DNA of 64,000 nucleotides from an uncultured Lentisphaeraceae bacterium. Its GTDB lineage: Bacteria > Verrucomicrobiota > Kiritimatiellia > RFP12 > DVOR01. The position numbers were made by a program, and so were the translations under genes. Positions 9,557 to 20,811 of the stretch are shown one piece after another. The notes under the pieces were generated by a model, which was given only the letters and a program-made list of their open reading frames with translations, had not been told where the DNA came from and searched no databases. How positions within the stretch are numbered: position 1 is the stretch's first letter; each line of letters begins with the position of its first letter. The stretch spans positions 59,964-123,963 of the forward strand of contig CASEMQ010000034.1 in the NCBI GenBank assembly GCA_949289005.1. The letters run 5' to 3'.

Positions 9557-9638
9557 GGCGTTCGCCCCCCATGTCGCTTCCCCGGAGACGGTGTGGATAC
9601 TCAAGAAAGCATGGATTGCGCAAGGCCGCAAAAAGGTC

Positions 9639-9668
9639 TTGCATACCTTTTGGAAGGTTTGTATAATA
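9639..9668 (+). promoter_or_regulatory. sigma70-type promoter TTGCAT-17-TATAAT for the TetR/RND operon
   Basis: Perfect -10 TATAAT (9662-9667) and near-consensus -35 TTGCAT (9639-9644) with 17-bp spacer, 25 nt upstream of TetR ATG 9693. Confidence 0.6.
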
Positions 9669-9692
9669 CGCGCCGTTTATTCAAGGAAACGC

Positions 9693-10301
9693 ATGCGACG
9701 GACAAAGGAAGAAGCGTTGGAAACACGCAAGGCCATTCTCAAGGTGGCCTTGGATTGCTTTTCCAAGCGTGGTTACGCGCTGACCACGTTCAACGACATC
9801 GCGCGGCGGATCCACCTCACCAAGGGCGCGGTCTTTTGGCACTTCAAGAGCAAAGAGGAATTGTTGGCCGAGCTGATTGAGCGCGAGCATTCCATTTATG
9901 AGCCTCTCGGCGGGGTGGGGGAGGCCGAGGATGTGGAGGCCATCCGCGATGCCTTCGTGGATTGGGCCAAGGCGCTCGAGAGCCATCGGGAGCTGCGCCA
10001 GTTCACGGTTTTCCTGATGAGCCGCGTGGAGTGGAGCGAGGCGTTGAAGGCCAGCCTGGCCAAGAAGCTGGAAGGTTTGGTGGTGACGGATCCCTTTGCG
10101 CGGCTGCGCGCGCGACTGGAGTGGCTGAAGGCGCAGGGGCGCATCGCGACGCCCCTTTCGCCGGAGCAAATCGCCACGCTGATGGTGGGCGCCTTCTTCG
10201 GTACCCTGCGGGAGGCGTGGCTTTACAAGACGCCGGTGAACGTCTCCGAGACGGTCGCCGCGGGTTTGGATTTCATCGTTCAAGGAATCAGGAGCAAATG
10301 A
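9693..10301 (+). CDS. TetR/AcrR-family transcriptional regulator
   Basis: N-terminal TetR HTH (RKAILKVALDCFSKRGYALTTFNDIARRIHLTKGAVFWHF), 202 aa, directly upstream of RND genes. Confidence 0.8.
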   Translation: MRRTKEEALETRKAILKVALDCFSKRGYALTTFNDIARRIHLTKGAVFWHFKSKEELLAELIEREHSIYEPLGGVGEAEDVEAIRDAFVDWAKALESHRELRQFTVFLMSRVEWSEALKASLAKKLEGLVVTDPFARLRARLEWLKAQGRIATPLSPEQIATLMVGAFFGTLREAWLYKTPVNVSETVAAGLDFIVQGIRSK

Positions 10302-11539
10302 TCATGGAAGAGAAGAACGAGACGAAGCAAGAGGCGAAGAGCCCGCTGGCCGCGACCGTCGGGTTGCTGTTGAGCGTGATCGTGGCCGCGGGGCTGGGGT
10401 GGTTCGCCCGCACGATTTACCAGAACAACCTGGACGCGAAGGCGCAGGCCGCGGCCATCGCGCAGGCGGCCGCGGAGGCGCAGGTCCGCCCCGTCACCGT
10501 CGAGACCGCCAAGGCAACGATGAAGGCCATCAACCCGCCGCAATCGTTCATGGGGCACGTCGAGCCGATCCAGGACGTGGACCTGCGCGCGCAGATCGAT
10601 GGCACCATCCAAGAGGTGGCCTTCAAGGAGGGCGCGATGGTGAAGGAGGGGGACCTGCTCTATCAGATCGACCCGCGCGTCTACGAGGCCCGCGTCGCCC
10701 AGGCCAAGGCTGCCCTCGCCCAGGCCAAGGCCCGTAGCGAGAACGCCAACCGCTACTATGACCGTATCAGCAAGGTGGACAAGCGCTCCGTCACCGAAGC
10801 CGAGGTCGACCAAGCCTACGCGGACAAACTCGAGGCCGAGGCCGCCATCGCGCAATGCGAGGCCGATTTGGCGAGCGCCGAGATCAACCTGGGCTACTGC
10901 AAAATCACCGCGCCCATCTCCGGCCGCATCGGCCAGAGCCTCCTGAAGAAGGGCGACTACGTCTCGCCCTCGATGGGCACCCTCGCGCGTATCGTGCAGA
11001 TGGATCCCGTGCGCGTCGTCTTCTCCGTGCCCGACCGCGCCTACCTGACGAACAAGAACATCGCCGGGGCGAAGGGCGCCGAGGCCATTCGCGCCCAGAT
11101 CCGACTGGCCGACGGCACCATCTACGCCCACGACGGCAAGCCGGACTTCATCGCCAACGAGATGAGCATGGAGACGGCCTCGCTGCCCGTGCGCTACGCC
11201 TTCGCCAACCCCGACCAACAGTTGCTCTCCAATGCCTACGTCACCGTCCTCCTCTCCGAGGCCCAGCCGAAGGAGGCGCTCACCGTGCCCTCCTCCGCCG
11301 TCTTGGCCAACGCCACGGGCGACTACGTCTACATCAACGATAACGGCAAGGCCGCCCGCCGCACCGTCGTCATCGGCGCGCGCCTCGAGGGCATGGTCGA
11401 GGTCAAGTCCGGCCTTAAGGCCGGCGACGAGATTGTCACCGAGGGCGTCGTGAACGTCATCGAGGGCACGAACCTGAACATCGTGAACCCCTCGCCGAAC
11501 GCCCGGCCCGCGGACGCGACCGTCACCCTTGCGAAGTAA
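10297..11539 (+). CDS. RND efflux membrane fusion protein (AcrA/MexA family)
   Basis: Signal anchor, coiled-coil hairpin, lipoyl and beta-barrel segments typical of periplasmic adaptors. Start overlaps the TetR stop. Confidence 0.85.
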
Positions 11540-11560
11540 GCCCAGGGAGGAGACCCAACA

Positions 11561-14500
11561 ATGGCCGATCAAGAAAGGATCATGAGCCTTGAGGAACTCG
11601 AGGCGAATGAGCGCGAGGCCGTCCACAAGATGGTCGAGGAGTTGCCGAAGAAGAGTATCTTCTCGCGCACCTTCGTCAATCGCCCGCGCTTTGCGCTGGT
11701 CATCGCCATCGTGATGTCCATCGTCGGCGTCATCGCCATCCGGTCGCTGCCCATCGCGCAGTATCCGGAAGTCTCCCCGCCGGCCGTGCGCGTGAGCTGT
11801 TCGTATCCTGGCGCAAACGCCGTGGACTTGGCGAACTCCGTGGCCATCCCGATCGAATCCGCGGTGAACGGCGTCGAGGACATGCTCTACATGAGCTCGA
11901 CCTGCACGGACTCGGGACGCTATAGCCTGACGGTGACCTTCGCCGTGGGTACGGATCGCGACATCGCCCAGGTGCGTGTGCAGAACCGCGTGGCCCAGGC
12001 CGAGTCCAAACTGCCGAAGGAGGTCACCCAGCAGGGCGTGAACGTCGAGACCCGCTCCGACTCCACCCTCGGCTTCATCTCCTTCCGCTCCCCCAGCGGC
12101 GAATTGAGCAAGCTGGAAATCTCGGACTTCCTCTATTCCAACGTCCGCGATGCCATCCTGCGCGTCCACGGCGTCGGCGGCGCCGACGTCCATGGCGCGC
12201 GCATGGCCATGCGCATTTGGCTGGATCCCGAACGCCTCGCCGCCCAAGGCCTTGATGCCAGCGACGTCATCTCCGCCATCGAGGCGCAGAACCTCCAGGC
12301 CGCGCTCGGCTCCGTCGGCGCCTCCCCGGTGCTGGACGTGGACGTGCGCGAGACCTTCTCCATCATCGCCGAAGGCCGCTTGAGCACCGTGCGCGAGTTC
12401 GAGGACATCGTCGTCCGCTCCGCCGACGAGGGCGGGCTCGTGCGCATTCGCGACATCGCGCGCGTCGAGCTCGGCGAGCAGAGCTACGCCAACACCGGCT
12501 ACTTCAACGGCCAAGACGCCGTCTCCATGGGCATCGAGCAGACGCCGGGCACCAACGCCATCGCGGCGATGGAAGCCGTCCGCAAGACCCTCAAGGCGCT
12601 CGAGCCCACCTTCCCCGGCGACCTTACCTACACCATCGCCTACGACTCCACCGAGTTCGTCCAAGTCTCCATCGACGAGATCGTCAAGACGCTCATCGAG
12701 ACTTTCGTGCTTGTGCTCATCGTCTGTTATGTCTTCTTGCAGGACGTCCGCGCGACGATTGTGCCGCTCTGTGCCATTCCTGTCTCGTTGCTCTGCACCT
12801 TCCTGGTGCTCAAGCTCTTTGGCTACACCATCAACACCATCTCGCTCTTCGCGCTCGTGCTGGCCATCGGCTCGGTGGTGGACGACGCCATCGTCGTGGT
12901 CGAGCGCGTTCAGCACCACATGGACAAGAACGGGCTCGACCGCAAGACGGCCACGCTCCTCTCCATGCACGAGGTGACCGGCGCCGTCGTCGCGACCACG
13001 CTCGTGTTGCTGGCCATCTTTGTGCCCGTCGGCTTCGTCGGCGGTATCACCGGCCGCATCTACTCGCAGTTCGCCGTCACCATGTCCGTGGCCATCCTCT
13101 TTTCGGCCGTGAACGCGCTCACCCTTTCGCCGGCCATCTGCGCCACCATCCTCGGCGTGCCCAAGCCGCACACCAAGTTTTACGACCCCTTCACGTGGTT
13201 CAACAAAGCGCTCGACTGGGTGCGCATGCGCTATGGCGCGCTCGCCAAGTTCTTCGCCGCGCGCCGCCTGCTCACTCTCATGCTCCTGCTCCTTTGCTTT
13301 GCCGGCGTGGCCGTCAGCTACAACATGACGCCCACCTCCTTCCTCCCCGAGGAAGACCAAGGCGTCGTCTTCGTGGACATCGCGTTGAAGGAAGGCACCA
13401 ACCGCGCCGTCACCGACGACTTTGTCAAGCGCTTCGAGCGCGAGGTACGCGCCATTCCCGGCGTCAAGAGCACCATGTCCGTCATCGGTTGGGCCATGAT
13501 TTCCGGCAACGCCGAGAGCACCGGCATGTTGATCGTCGCCCTTCATCCCTGGGATCAGCGCACCACCGAGGACCTCTCCGTCTGGTCCATCCAGCGCAAG
13601 ATCCAGGAAATCGCCGCGCGTTATCACGAGGGCAAGTTCCTGGCGATGGTGCCGCCCGCCATCCAGGGCCTCGGCGTTTCCGGCGGCATGAGCCTCTTCT
13701 TCCAGTCGCTCTCCACCACCGACCCCGAGATCATCGAGCAGAACCTCAAGTCCTTCCTTGCCGCACTCAACCAAGCCCCCGAGGTCGAAAGCGCCTTCTC
13801 GCCCTACACCTCCGGCACGCCGCACATCGAACTTTCGGTCGATCGCACGAAGGCCGAGTCCTACAAGGTGCCCGTCTCCACTGTCTTCTCCACCCTGCAG
13901 AATTACCTCGGTTCCTACTACGTGAACGACATCAATCTCGGCACGCAGGTCAACCAGGTCATTGTGCAGTCCGACTGGGATGGCCGCGCCACCCGCGACG
14001 ACATCGGGCGCCTCTACGTCCGCTCCACCGAGGGCAACCAAATCCCCGTCTCTGCCCTTGTGAACCTCGAGACCGTCGGTGGCGTCCGCAACTACGCGCG
14101 TTTCAACCTCTTCCCCGCCGCGCGTATCACCGCCAACGCCGCGCCCGGTTTCTCCTCCGGCGAATCCATGGCCGCCGTCAAGCGTGTCGCCGGCGAGACC
14201 CTTTCGCGCGACTTCTCCTTCGCGTGGACGGACCTCTCCTACCAAGAGTCCATCGTCGAGGGACAGACCGGCATTCTTGTGCTTGCGGCCTTCGTCTTCG
14301 GCTACCTTTTCCTTGTCGCCCAATATGAGAGCTGGACCCTGCCGTTGCCCGTGATGACCTCCATCACCGTTGGCGTCGTTGGCGCCTTCCTTGGCATTCT
14401 CTACTTCGGCATCTCCCTGTCGATTTACGCCCAGGTCGGCCTGCTCCTGCTCATCGCGCTGGCCGCGAAGAGCGCCATCCTCGTGGTCGAGTTCGCCGCG

Positions 14501-14797
14501 CAACGCCGCGAGCAAGGCCTCTCCATCATCGATGCCGCCGGCGAAGGCGCCTCCGAGCGTCTCCGTGCCGTGCTCATGACGGCCCTCACCTTCATCCTCG
14601 GTGTGCTCCCGATGGTTTACGCCACCGGCGCAGGTGCCGTCAGCCGCGTCCACCTCGGCGCCACCGTTTACAGCGGCATGCTCGCAGCCACCACCGCCGG
14701 CATGATCATGATCCCCGCGCTCTACTCCCTCTTCGAGAAGATGCGCGAAAGCACCTACGCACTCTTTGGCAAATTCCACAAGCGGGAGGTCAAATGA
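11561..14797 (+). CDS. RND multidrug efflux transporter (AcrB/MexB family, HAE1)
   Basis: 1078 aa, 12-TM RND architecture with strong AcrB-like similarity throughout. RBS AGGGAGGAG. Confidence 0.9.
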   Translation: MADQERIMSLEELEANEREAVHKMVEELPKKSIFSRTFVNRPRFALVIAIVMSIVGVIAIRSLPIAQYPEVSPPAVRVSCSYPGANAVDLANSVAIPIESAVNGVEDMLYMSSTCTDSGRYSLTVTFAVGTDRDIAQVRVQNRVAQAESKLPKEVTQQGVNVETRSDSTLGFISFRSPSGELSKLEISDFLYSNVRDAILRVHGVGGADVHGARMAMRIWLDPERLAAQGLDASDVISAIEAQNLQAALGSVGASPVLDVDVRETFSIIAEGRLSTVREFEDIVVRSADEGGLVRIRDIARVELGEQSYANTGYFNGQDAVSMGIEQTPGTNAIAAMEAVRKTLKALEPTFPGDLTYTIAYDSTEFVQVSIDEIVKTLIETFVLVLIVCYVFLQDVRATIVPLCAIPVSLLCTFLVLKLFGYTINTISLFALVLAIGSVVDDAIVVVERVQHHMDKNGLDRKTATLLSMHEVTGAVVATTLVLLAIFVPVGFVGGITGRIYSQFAVTMSVAILFSAVNALTLSPAICATILGVPKPHTKFYDPFTWFNKALDWVRMRYGALAKFFAARRLLTLMLLLLCFAGVAVSYNMTPTSFLPEEDQGVVFVDIALKEGTNRAVTDDFVKRFEREVRAIPGVKSTMSVIGWAMISGNAESTGMLIVALHPWDQRTTEDLSVWSIQRKIQEIAARYHEGKFLAMVPPAIQGLGVSGGMSLFFQSLSTTDPEIIEQNLKSFLAALNQAPEVESAFSPYTSGTPHIELSVDRTKAESYKVPVSTVFSTLQNYLGSYYVNDINLGTQVNQVIVQSDWDGRATRDDIGRLYVRSTEGNQIPVSALVNLETVGGVRNYARFNLFPAARITANAAPGFSSGESMAAVKRVAGETLSRDFSFAWTDLSYQESIVEGQTGILVLAAFVFGYLFLVAQYESWTLPLPVMTSITVGVVGAFLGILYFGISLSIYAQVGLLLLIALAAKSAILVVEFAAQRREQGLSIIDAAGEGASERLRAVLMTALTFILGVLPMVYATGAGAVSRVHLGATVYSGMLAATTAGMIMIPALYSLFEKMRESTYALFGKFHKREVK

Positions 14798-16395
14798 AAA
14801 GCTCCACCCTCACCCTCGGCCTCCTGCTCATCCTCTCGGGCTGCGCCATCCCCAACCATAAACCCTACGAAGAGCGCCCGGTGAACGACGTGCTCCAAGC
14901 CGCCTCCATCGCCGCGGACACCCGCCAAGAGGCTCTCCCCGGCATCAACGGCCAAGCCGTCGCCCCCGCGTTGGACGATTGGTGGAAACGCTTCAACGAC
15001 GAGCCCCTCAACCGCCTCCTCGCCCAAGCCTACGCCGCCAACCGTACCCTCGGCGCCGCCCGCGCCAACCTCGCCGCCGCCCGCGCCCAGTGGCGTTACC
15101 AGCGCGGCGCGCTCTGGCCCACCGCCGACCTCGGCGGCGACCTCACCCGCGCCCGCACCTCCGAAAACGGCCTCAGCGGCAAAAACTGCTACACCGACTA
15201 TCGCCTCAATGGTGGCGCACGCTGGGAAATCGATCTCTTCGGTCGCCAGAACTACCTCGTCGAGGCTGCCGCCGCCGAGGCCCAGGCCACCGAGGCCGAC
15301 CTCAAGGCCATGTGGGTCTCCGTCTCCGCCGACCTCGCCACCTACTACGTCGAGCTCCGCACCCTCCAGGGCCGCCTTATGGTCGCCCAAGACAACCTCC
15401 GCCTCCAGCAAGACAACTACGACCTCTTGGCCGACCGCCAGAAGGGCGGCCTCACCAATGCCCTTGTCGTCTCCCAGGCCGAGTACGACCTCCACAACAC
15501 CGCCGCCTCCATCCCCGCCCTCAAGTCGCAAATCACCGCCGCCGAAGACGCCATCGCCATTCTCTGTGGCGTCGCCCCCGGCGCGTTGCCCACCGAGGTC
15601 GTCGATCCCCCCGCCTTCATGGCCACGGAAGGCGATGCCAAGGACGGTGAGCAAGGCGGCCGCAAGGCCATCGGCCTCCGCCCCACCGCCATCCCCACCG
15701 CCGCCAACTTCTCCCTCGAGGAAGGCATCCCCGCCGACGCCATCCGCCGCCGCCCCGACGTCCACGCCGCCGAGCGTCGCCTCAAGGCCGCCACCGACAC
15801 CCTCGGCTCCGCCAAGGCCGAACGCTATCCCACCGTCTACATCTCCGGCAACATCGGCCTCGAGGCCCTGCAGTTCGGCGACCTCTTCGACTGGGACAGC
15901 CATTTTTATGACTTCGGCCCCGGCGTCACCCTCCCCATCTTCCGCGGCGGGCAAATCGTCGCCAACATCGACATCAAGACCGAGCAACAGAAGGCCGCCC
16001 TGGCGAATTACGAGCAATCCGTCCTCACCGCCCTTGGCGACATCCGCGACGCGCTCTCCGGTTGCCAGCAAGAGCGCGAGCGTCTCCGCCACCTTCGCCT
16101 CGGCGTCCAAGCCGCGCAGAGCGCCTACGAAATCGCCGGCAACACCTACGACGCCGGCATCGGCGACTTCTTCGACCTCCTCGACGCCCAGCGCCAGGTC
16201 CTTAACCTTGACGACGCCCGCGTCGTCAGCGAAGGCCAAATCGCCAAAAACCAAATCGCCCTCTACCGCGCCCTCTGCGGCGGCTGGGAAGGCAACGAAG
16301 CCCCGGAAACCGCCACCGCGCTCTTCGGCGAAAACAACGCCAAGAATCCCCTTCTTGCCCCCATCGTCAATCCGCCCGCCCCCGCCCAACACTGA
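14794..16395 (+). CDS. RND efflux outer membrane factor lipoprotein (NodT/OprM family)
   Basis: Lipobox LLILSGC and OEP repeats. ATGA overlap with the RND pump stop. Confidence 0.85.
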   Translation: MKSSTLTLGLLLILSGCAIPNHKPYEERPVNDVLQAASIAADTRQEALPGINGQAVAPALDDWWKRFNDEPLNRLLAQAYAANRTLGAARANLAAARAQWRYQRGALWPTADLGGDLTRARTSENGLSGKNCYTDYRLNGGARWEIDLFGRQNYLVEAAAAEAQATEADLKAMWVSVSADLATYYVELRTLQGRLMVAQDNLRLQQDNYDLLADRQKGGLTNALVVSQAEYDLHNTAASIPALKSQITAAEDAIAILCGVAPGALPTEVVDPPAFMATEGDAKDGEQGGRKAIGLRPTAIPTAANFSLEEGIPADAIRRRPDVHAAERRLKAATDTLGSAKAERYPTVYISGNIGLEALQFGDLFDWDSHFYDFGPGVTLPIFRGGQIVANIDIKTEQQKAALANYEQSVLTALGDIRDALSGCQQERERLRHLRLGVQAAQSAYEIAGNTYDAGIGDFFDLLDAQRQVLNLDDARVVSEGQIAKNQIALYRALCGGWEGNEAPETATALFGENNAKNPLLAPIVNPPAPAQH

Positions 16396-16411
16396 GCCTT
16401 CCGCGGCACGA

Positions 16412-16456
16412 CAAAAAAGCCCCCGACCTCTTCCGGAAGATGTCGGGGGCTTTTTC
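16412..16456. terminator. bidirectional rho-independent terminator between convergent RND and nif operons
   Basis: A-run, then stem GCCCCCGAC/GTCGGGGGC with inner CTTCCGGAAG palindrome, then T-run. Confidence 0.6.
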
Positions 16457-16475
16457 GTTGTGCCGCGGCGCGGTG

Positions 16476-17654
16476 TCAGTGCTTGACGAATGGGGAGAGC
16501 GCGCGCATTTCCGCCACCACGTCGGGGCAGTGTTTGAGCACGTAGTCGATCTCCGCCTCGGTGGTGTAGCGGCTGAGGGAGAAGCGGATGGAGCCGTGGA
16601 CGGCGGTGAAGGGCACGCCCATCGCGCGGATGACGTGGCTGGGCTCCAGGCTGCCGGCGGCACAGGCGGAGCCGCTGCTGGCGCAAATGCCCAGATCGCT
16701 GAGATGGTAGAGCACGCTTTCGCCCTCGATGTACTCGAAGGAGATGTTGAGCGTGTTGGCGACGCGGGCGGCGGCGCCGCCGTTGACGCGGGCGTCGGGG
16801 CAGGTCTTGAGGAGGCCGGCCTGGAGTTTGTCGCGCAGGCGGCGGATGCGCTCCTCCGAGCCGTCGGCCAGCGCGGCCTGGGCGAGGTCGCACGCCTTGG
16901 CCAGGCCGATGATGTAGGGGACGTTCTCGGTGCCGCCGCGACGGCCGCGCTCTTGGTGTCCGCCGATGACGAAGGGCTTGATGCGCGTGCCGCGGCGGAC
17001 GTAGAGCGCGCCGATGCCCTTGGGCGCGTGCATCTTGTGGCCGGCGATGGAGAGGAGGTCGACGGGCACGTCGCGAACGTCGAGCGGCACCTTGCCGGCG
17101 GCTTGGACGGCGTCGGTGTGCATGGTGGCGCCGGCGGCCTTGGCCATCTCGGCGATGCGCTTGATGGGGAAGAGGACGCCCGTCTCGTTGTTGGCCCACA
17201 TCACGGAGACCAGTTTGGGGCCGGGGTGCGCGGCCAACGCGGCCTCGTAGGCCGGCAGGTCGAAGCGCCCCTCGCCATCCACGCCAATCTCGACGATGGT
17301 ATGGCCCATCTCGCGCAAACGCAGGCAGGGGCCGAGGATGGCCGGGTGCTCCACGCGGCTGGTGATGACGGTGCCGGGGCGCCCCCAGGCGGCGGCCACG
17401 CCAAAGAGCGCGTGGTTGTCGGCCTCCGTGGCACACCCCTCGAAGACGATTTCCTCGGGGCGCTCGGCGTTGAGGAAGGCCGCGACACGGGCGCGCGCCT
17501 CGGCGAGCGGCTTGGCGACACGCCCGCCAAAGGCGTGCATGCTGCTGGGGTTGCCCCAGTGCTCGGTGAAAAAGGGGAGCATCGCCTTGACCACCTCGGG
17601 CGCGGGGCGGGTCGTGGCGTTGTTGTCAAGATAAACCAAAGGGACGTCGTTCAT
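16476..17654 (-). CDS. nifS: cysteine desulfurase NifS
   Basis: 392 aa class I NifS/IscS with PLP lysine (SIAGHKMHAPKG) and active-site SSGSACA. ATGA overlap with nifU. Confidence 0.85.
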   Translation of the reverse strand: MNDVPLVYLDNNATTRPAPEVVKAMLPFFTEHWGNPSSMHAFGGRVAKPLAEARARVAAFLNAERPEEIVFEGCATEADNHALFGVAAAWGRPGTVITSRVEHPAILGPCLRLREMGHTIVEIGVDGEGRFDLPAYEAALAAHPGPKLVSVMWANNETGVLFPIKRIAEMAKAAGATMHTDAVQAAGKVPLDVRDVPVDLLSIAGHKMHAPKGIGALYVRRGTRIKPFVIGGHQERGRRGGTENVPYIIGLAKACDLAQAALADGSEERIRRLRDKLQAGLLKTCPDARVNGGAAARVANTLNISFEYIEGESVLYHLSDLGICASSGSACAAGSLEPSHVIRAMGVPFTAVHGSIRFSLSRYTTEAEIDYVLKHCPDVVAEMRALSPFVKH

Positions 17655-18487
17655 TCCATCTCCACCTGAAGCGCGGGGTCCACAAACTCATGGAGGGCGT
17701 TGGCGATGAGGTTGTCGCGCGTGATGGCCGCGCTGCGGCACCCGGCGCACATCCCACGGAAAGCAATGCGCACGACGTCGCCGTCCACGTCCACCAGCTC
17801 CACGTCGCCGCCGTCCTTGCGGAGCACGGGGCGCACTTGCTCCTCGAGCGTCTGCTCGATGAGTTTGATTTTCTGGAGGTTGGTCATCTTCTTGGCGGGC
17901 GCGTTTGGCTTGGCGGCGGCCTGCGCGTGGTTCACCTCGTCGACGATCTCCTGGATGCGGTCGCGGCACATGCCGCAGCCGCCGCCGGCCTTACAATAGT
18001 TCGTGACCTCCTCGACGGAGTGGAGGTGGTTCTCGCGGGTGACGCGCTCGATCTCGGCGCGGGAGACGCCAAAGCAGGTGCAGACGATCTCGTCGTTCAC
18101 CTGGACGACGTTCTCCTCGCCGGTGCGATAGTTGTGGATGGCGGCCTCGAGGGCCTCACGCCCCATCACGGAGCAATGCATCTTCTGGTCGGGCAAGCCG
18201 CCGAGATAATCGGCGATGTCCTTGTTGGTGATTTTCGCGGCCTCGTCCAACGTTTTGCCGATGACCATCTCGGTGAGGGCGGAGCTGGAGGCCACCGCGC
18301 TCGCGCAACCGAAGGTCTGGAACTTCGCCTCGGCAATGCGCCCGTCGGGACCCAACTTGAACATGAAGGTGAGCGCGTCGCCGCACGCCAACGAGCCCAC
18401 CGTCGCCTTGCCGTCCGGGTGCTCGATCGTGCCGACGTTCCGCGGGTGGCGGAAGTGATCCATCACTTTGTCCGTGTAATCCCACAT
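17651..18487 (-). CDS. nifU: Fe-S cluster scaffold NifU (three-domain)
   Basis: N-terminal IscU-like domain (three Cys), central 2Fe-2S BFD-like domain, C-terminal NifU/Nfu domain (CAGC); 278 aa. Confidence 0.85.
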   Translation of the reverse strand: MWDYTDKVMDHFRHPRNVGTIEHPDGKATVGSLACGDALTFMFKLGPDGRIAEAKFQTFGCASAVASSSALTEMVIGKTLDEAAKITNKDIADYLGGLPDQKMHCSVMGREALEAAIHNYRTGEENVVQVNDEIVCTCFGVSRAEIERVTRENHLHSVEEVTNYCKAGGGCGMCRDRIQEIVDEVNHAQAAAKPNAPAKKMTNLQKIKLIEQTLEEQVRPVLRKDGGDVELVDVDGDVVRIAFRGMCAGCRSAAITRDNLIANALHEFVDPALQVEME

Positions 18488-18516
18488 GGCCTGTTCCTTT
18501 CCTTGTTTGACCTCTT

Positions 18517-18525
18517 ATTTTAGCA
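18517..18525 (-). promoter_or_regulatory. extended -10 promoter TGcTAAAAT for nifU-nifS
   Basis: Minus-strand TGCTAAAAT ~30 nt upstream of nifU ATG, with RBS AAGGAAAGG. Confidence 0.45.
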
Positions 18526-18575
18526 CAGACACGACGCAACGGCGACGGCCCGAAAACGCCCCCCGGTTTTTTCGC

Positions 18576-18603
18576 TTGCATTTTTGCGTATTTTTGAGAT
18601 ACT
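18576..18603 (+). promoter_or_regulatory. candidate promoter TTGCAT-16-TGaGATACT for proS
   Basis: -35 TTGCAT and extended -10 TGAGATACT, ~45 nt upstream of proS ATG 18649. Confidence 0.45.
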
Positions 18604-18648
18604 TATGCGCGATTTCGCTTATTTTCCCTTCGAAAGGACACGAACGTC

Positions 18649-20358
18649 ATGATTCGTTGGAGCCAGACTTTGCTGAATACGTTGCGCGAGGCGCCCCAAG
18701 ACGCCGAGATCGTCAGCCACATGCTGATGATCCGCGCGGGGATGATGCGCAAGCTGGGCGGTGGCCTTTACACTTATTTGCCGTTGGGCATGCGCGCGCT
18801 CCGCAAAATCGAGGCCATCGTGCGCGAGGAGATGGAACGCGCCGGCGCGCAGGAAACGCTCTTCCCCATCCTTCAGCCCGCGGAACTCTGGAAGCAGACC
18901 GGCCGTTGGGAGACGATGGGCCCCGGGATGTTCCGCGTGCAGGATCGCAAGGAGGCGTGGTACGTCTTGGCGCCGACCGCCGAGGAGGCCTTCACCGCGC
19001 TGGCCAAGAGCGAGATTTCCTCCTACCGCCAGTTGCCGCGCACCATCTTCCAGATGCAAGACAAGTTTCGCGACGAGATCCGCCCGCGCTTCGGCCTCAT
19101 CCGCGGCAAAGAGTTTATCATGAAGGACGCCTACAGCTTCGACGCGGACGATGCGGGGGCGGACAAGAGTTACCGCGCGATGTATGATGCGTACGTGCGC
19201 ATCTTCGCCCGCGTGGGGCTGGCCGCCAAGCCGGTCGAGGCCGACACGGGCGACATCGGCGGCAATTTCTCCCATGAGTTCATGGTTTTCGCCGCCAGCG
19301 GCGAGGATGGCATCCTGGACTGCCCGGCGTGCGGCTACGCGGCCAACCAAGAGCGCGCGGAGCGCGCCCCCGCCCCGGTGCCTTACCAAACCGAGGCCGG
19401 CGCCGCCGAAACCGTCGCCACGCCCGGCCAACACACCTGTGAGGAGGTGGCGTGCTTCCTGGGGCGCCCCATCGACCAAATCGTGAAGAGCCTCGTCCTT
19501 CTTGTCGGCGGCAAGCCGGTCATGGCCTTGGTGCCGGGCGATCGCGAGCTCAGCGAGACCAAACTCCGCCGCCTCTTTGGCGGGGCCAAGGTGGAGGAGG
19601 CGGCCCCGGAGACGGTGGCGCAAGTGGCCGGCCCCGTCGGTTCGATCGGCCCCGTCGGCGTTTCCATCCCTGTTTACGCCGATCGTTCGCTCCAGGGCGC
19701 CGCGGATGTCGTGGTGGGCGCGAACCGAGAGGGTGCGCACCTGCTCCACGTCTGCTTGGCGCGCGACGCGAAGGTCGCGGCCTACGAGGATTTGGCGACT
19801 GTCCGCGCGGGCGACCTTTGCCCCAAGTGCGGCAAGCCGCTTGAGATCCGCCGCGGCACGGAGGTGGGGCAGTGCTTCAAGCTGGGCACCAAGTACTCCG
19901 CCGCGATGGGAGCCAGCTTCCTCGATGAGCAGGGCGCCTCCAAGCCGCTCGTGATGGGATGTTACGGCATTGGCGTCAGCCGCACGTTGCAGGCCATCGT
20001 GGAGCAGAGCAACGACGAAAACGGCATCATCTGGCCGGCGGCCGTCGCCCCCTGCCAAGTGGCCCTGCTCATTCTCGATCCGGACGTCCCGGAGGTGGTG
20101 GCGAAGGCCGAGGCCCTCGGCGCGGCGTTGGAGGCGCGGGGCATCGATGTCTTCGTGGACGACCGCGCGGAGCGTCCCGGCGTGAAGTTCAAGGATGCCG
20201 ACCTTATCGGCCTGCCCATCCGTGTCGTCGCGGGCGCCAAGGGGCTCGCAAAGGGCGGCTTCGAGATCCGCCGCCGCACCGAGCGCGACTCGGCCATCGT
20301 CGCACCCGAACAGGCCGCCCAGGCCATTTCCGATTTGCTTGCTACCACTCAGAAATAA
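18649..20358 (+). CDS. proS: prolyl-tRNA synthetase (bacterial type with INS editing domain)
   Basis: Class II aaRS motifs and full-length similarity to ProRS, 569 aa. Confidence 0.9.
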   Translation: MIRWSQTLLNTLREAPQDAEIVSHMLMIRAGMMRKLGGGLYTYLPLGMRALRKIEAIVREEMERAGAQETLFPILQPAELWKQTGRWETMGPGMFRVQDRKEAWYVLAPTAEEAFTALAKSEISSYRQLPRTIFQMQDKFRDEIRPRFGLIRGKEFIMKDAYSFDADDAGADKSYRAMYDAYVRIFARVGLAAKPVEADTGDIGGNFSHEFMVFAASGEDGILDCPACGYAANQERAERAPAPVPYQTEAGAAETVATPGQHTCEEVACFLGRPIDQIVKSLVLLVGGKPVMALVPGDRELSETKLRRLFGGAKVEEAAPETVAQVAGPVGSIGPVGVSIPVYADRSLQGAADVVVGANREGAHLLHVCLARDAKVAAYEDLATVRAGDLCPKCGKPLEIRRGTEVGQCFKLGTKYSAAMGASFLDEQGASKPLVMGCYGIGVSRTLQAIVEQSNDENGIIWPAAVAPCQVALLILDPDVPEVVAKAEALGAALEARGIDVFVDDRAERPGVKFKDADLIGLPIRVVAGAKGLAKGGFEIRRRTERDSAIVAPEQAAQAISDLLATTQK

Positions 20359-20368
20359 GGAAGTTCCC

Positions 20369-20725
20369 ATGCCCAAGAAAGCAACCACCAAACCCGAGCG
20401 CAACCCTTCCACCAGTACGCGCCGCGACCTTTCCACCGTCATCGCCGGGATGCACAATATCCCGCAGACGCTCGCCTACAGGATTGTGGACACCACCTTC
20501 GAGGCGCTCCTGGCCAATCTCGTCAAGAACGGCCACGTGGAACTCCGCGGCTTCGGCGTCTTCGAGATTGTCTCGCGCAAAGCCCGCCGCGGCCGCAACC
20601 CCAAGAAGCCTGAGCAGGAGGTCTGGATCGCCGAGCGCCGCTCCATCCGCTTCAAGCCCTCGCGCCTACTGCGCAAGGATCTGGAGACCGCCACGCTCGC
20701 GCCGCGCCTGCGCAGCGAGCAGTGA
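20369..20725 (+). CDS. HU/IHF-family nucleoid DNA-binding protein with Lys/Pro-rich N-terminal extension
   Basis: HU signature region ELRGFGVFEIVSRKARRGRNPKKPEQEVWIAERRSIRFKPS. RBS AAGGAAG. Confidence 0.75.
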   Translation: MPKKATTKPERNPSTSTRRDLSTVIAGMHNIPQTLAYRIVDTTFEALLANLVKNGHVELRGFGVFEIVSRKARRGRNPKKPEQEVWIAERRSIRFKPSRLLRKDLETATLAPRLRSEQ

Positions 20726-20811
20726 GGCGCCGCCGCGCCCATCGCGCGGACCCTGCGACATCGGCGGGGCCGCGCGCCTTTTTCTTTTCCCCCTTCACCC
20801 GAGAGAAACCC

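Noticed and set aside
12133-12456. Many 60-250-aa ORFs in alternative frames within well-supported genes across the window
   Set aside because: In ~65% GC DNA stop codons are rare in all frames. These ORFs lack RBS or promoter context and show biased low-complexity composition.
10280-14779. 1499-aa minus-strand ORF antisense to the RND efflux genes
   Set aside because: Gly/Asp/Arg-rich low-complexity translation with no domain, lying fully antisense to a strongly supported AcrB-like gene. This is the typical long antisense ORF of high-GC DNA.
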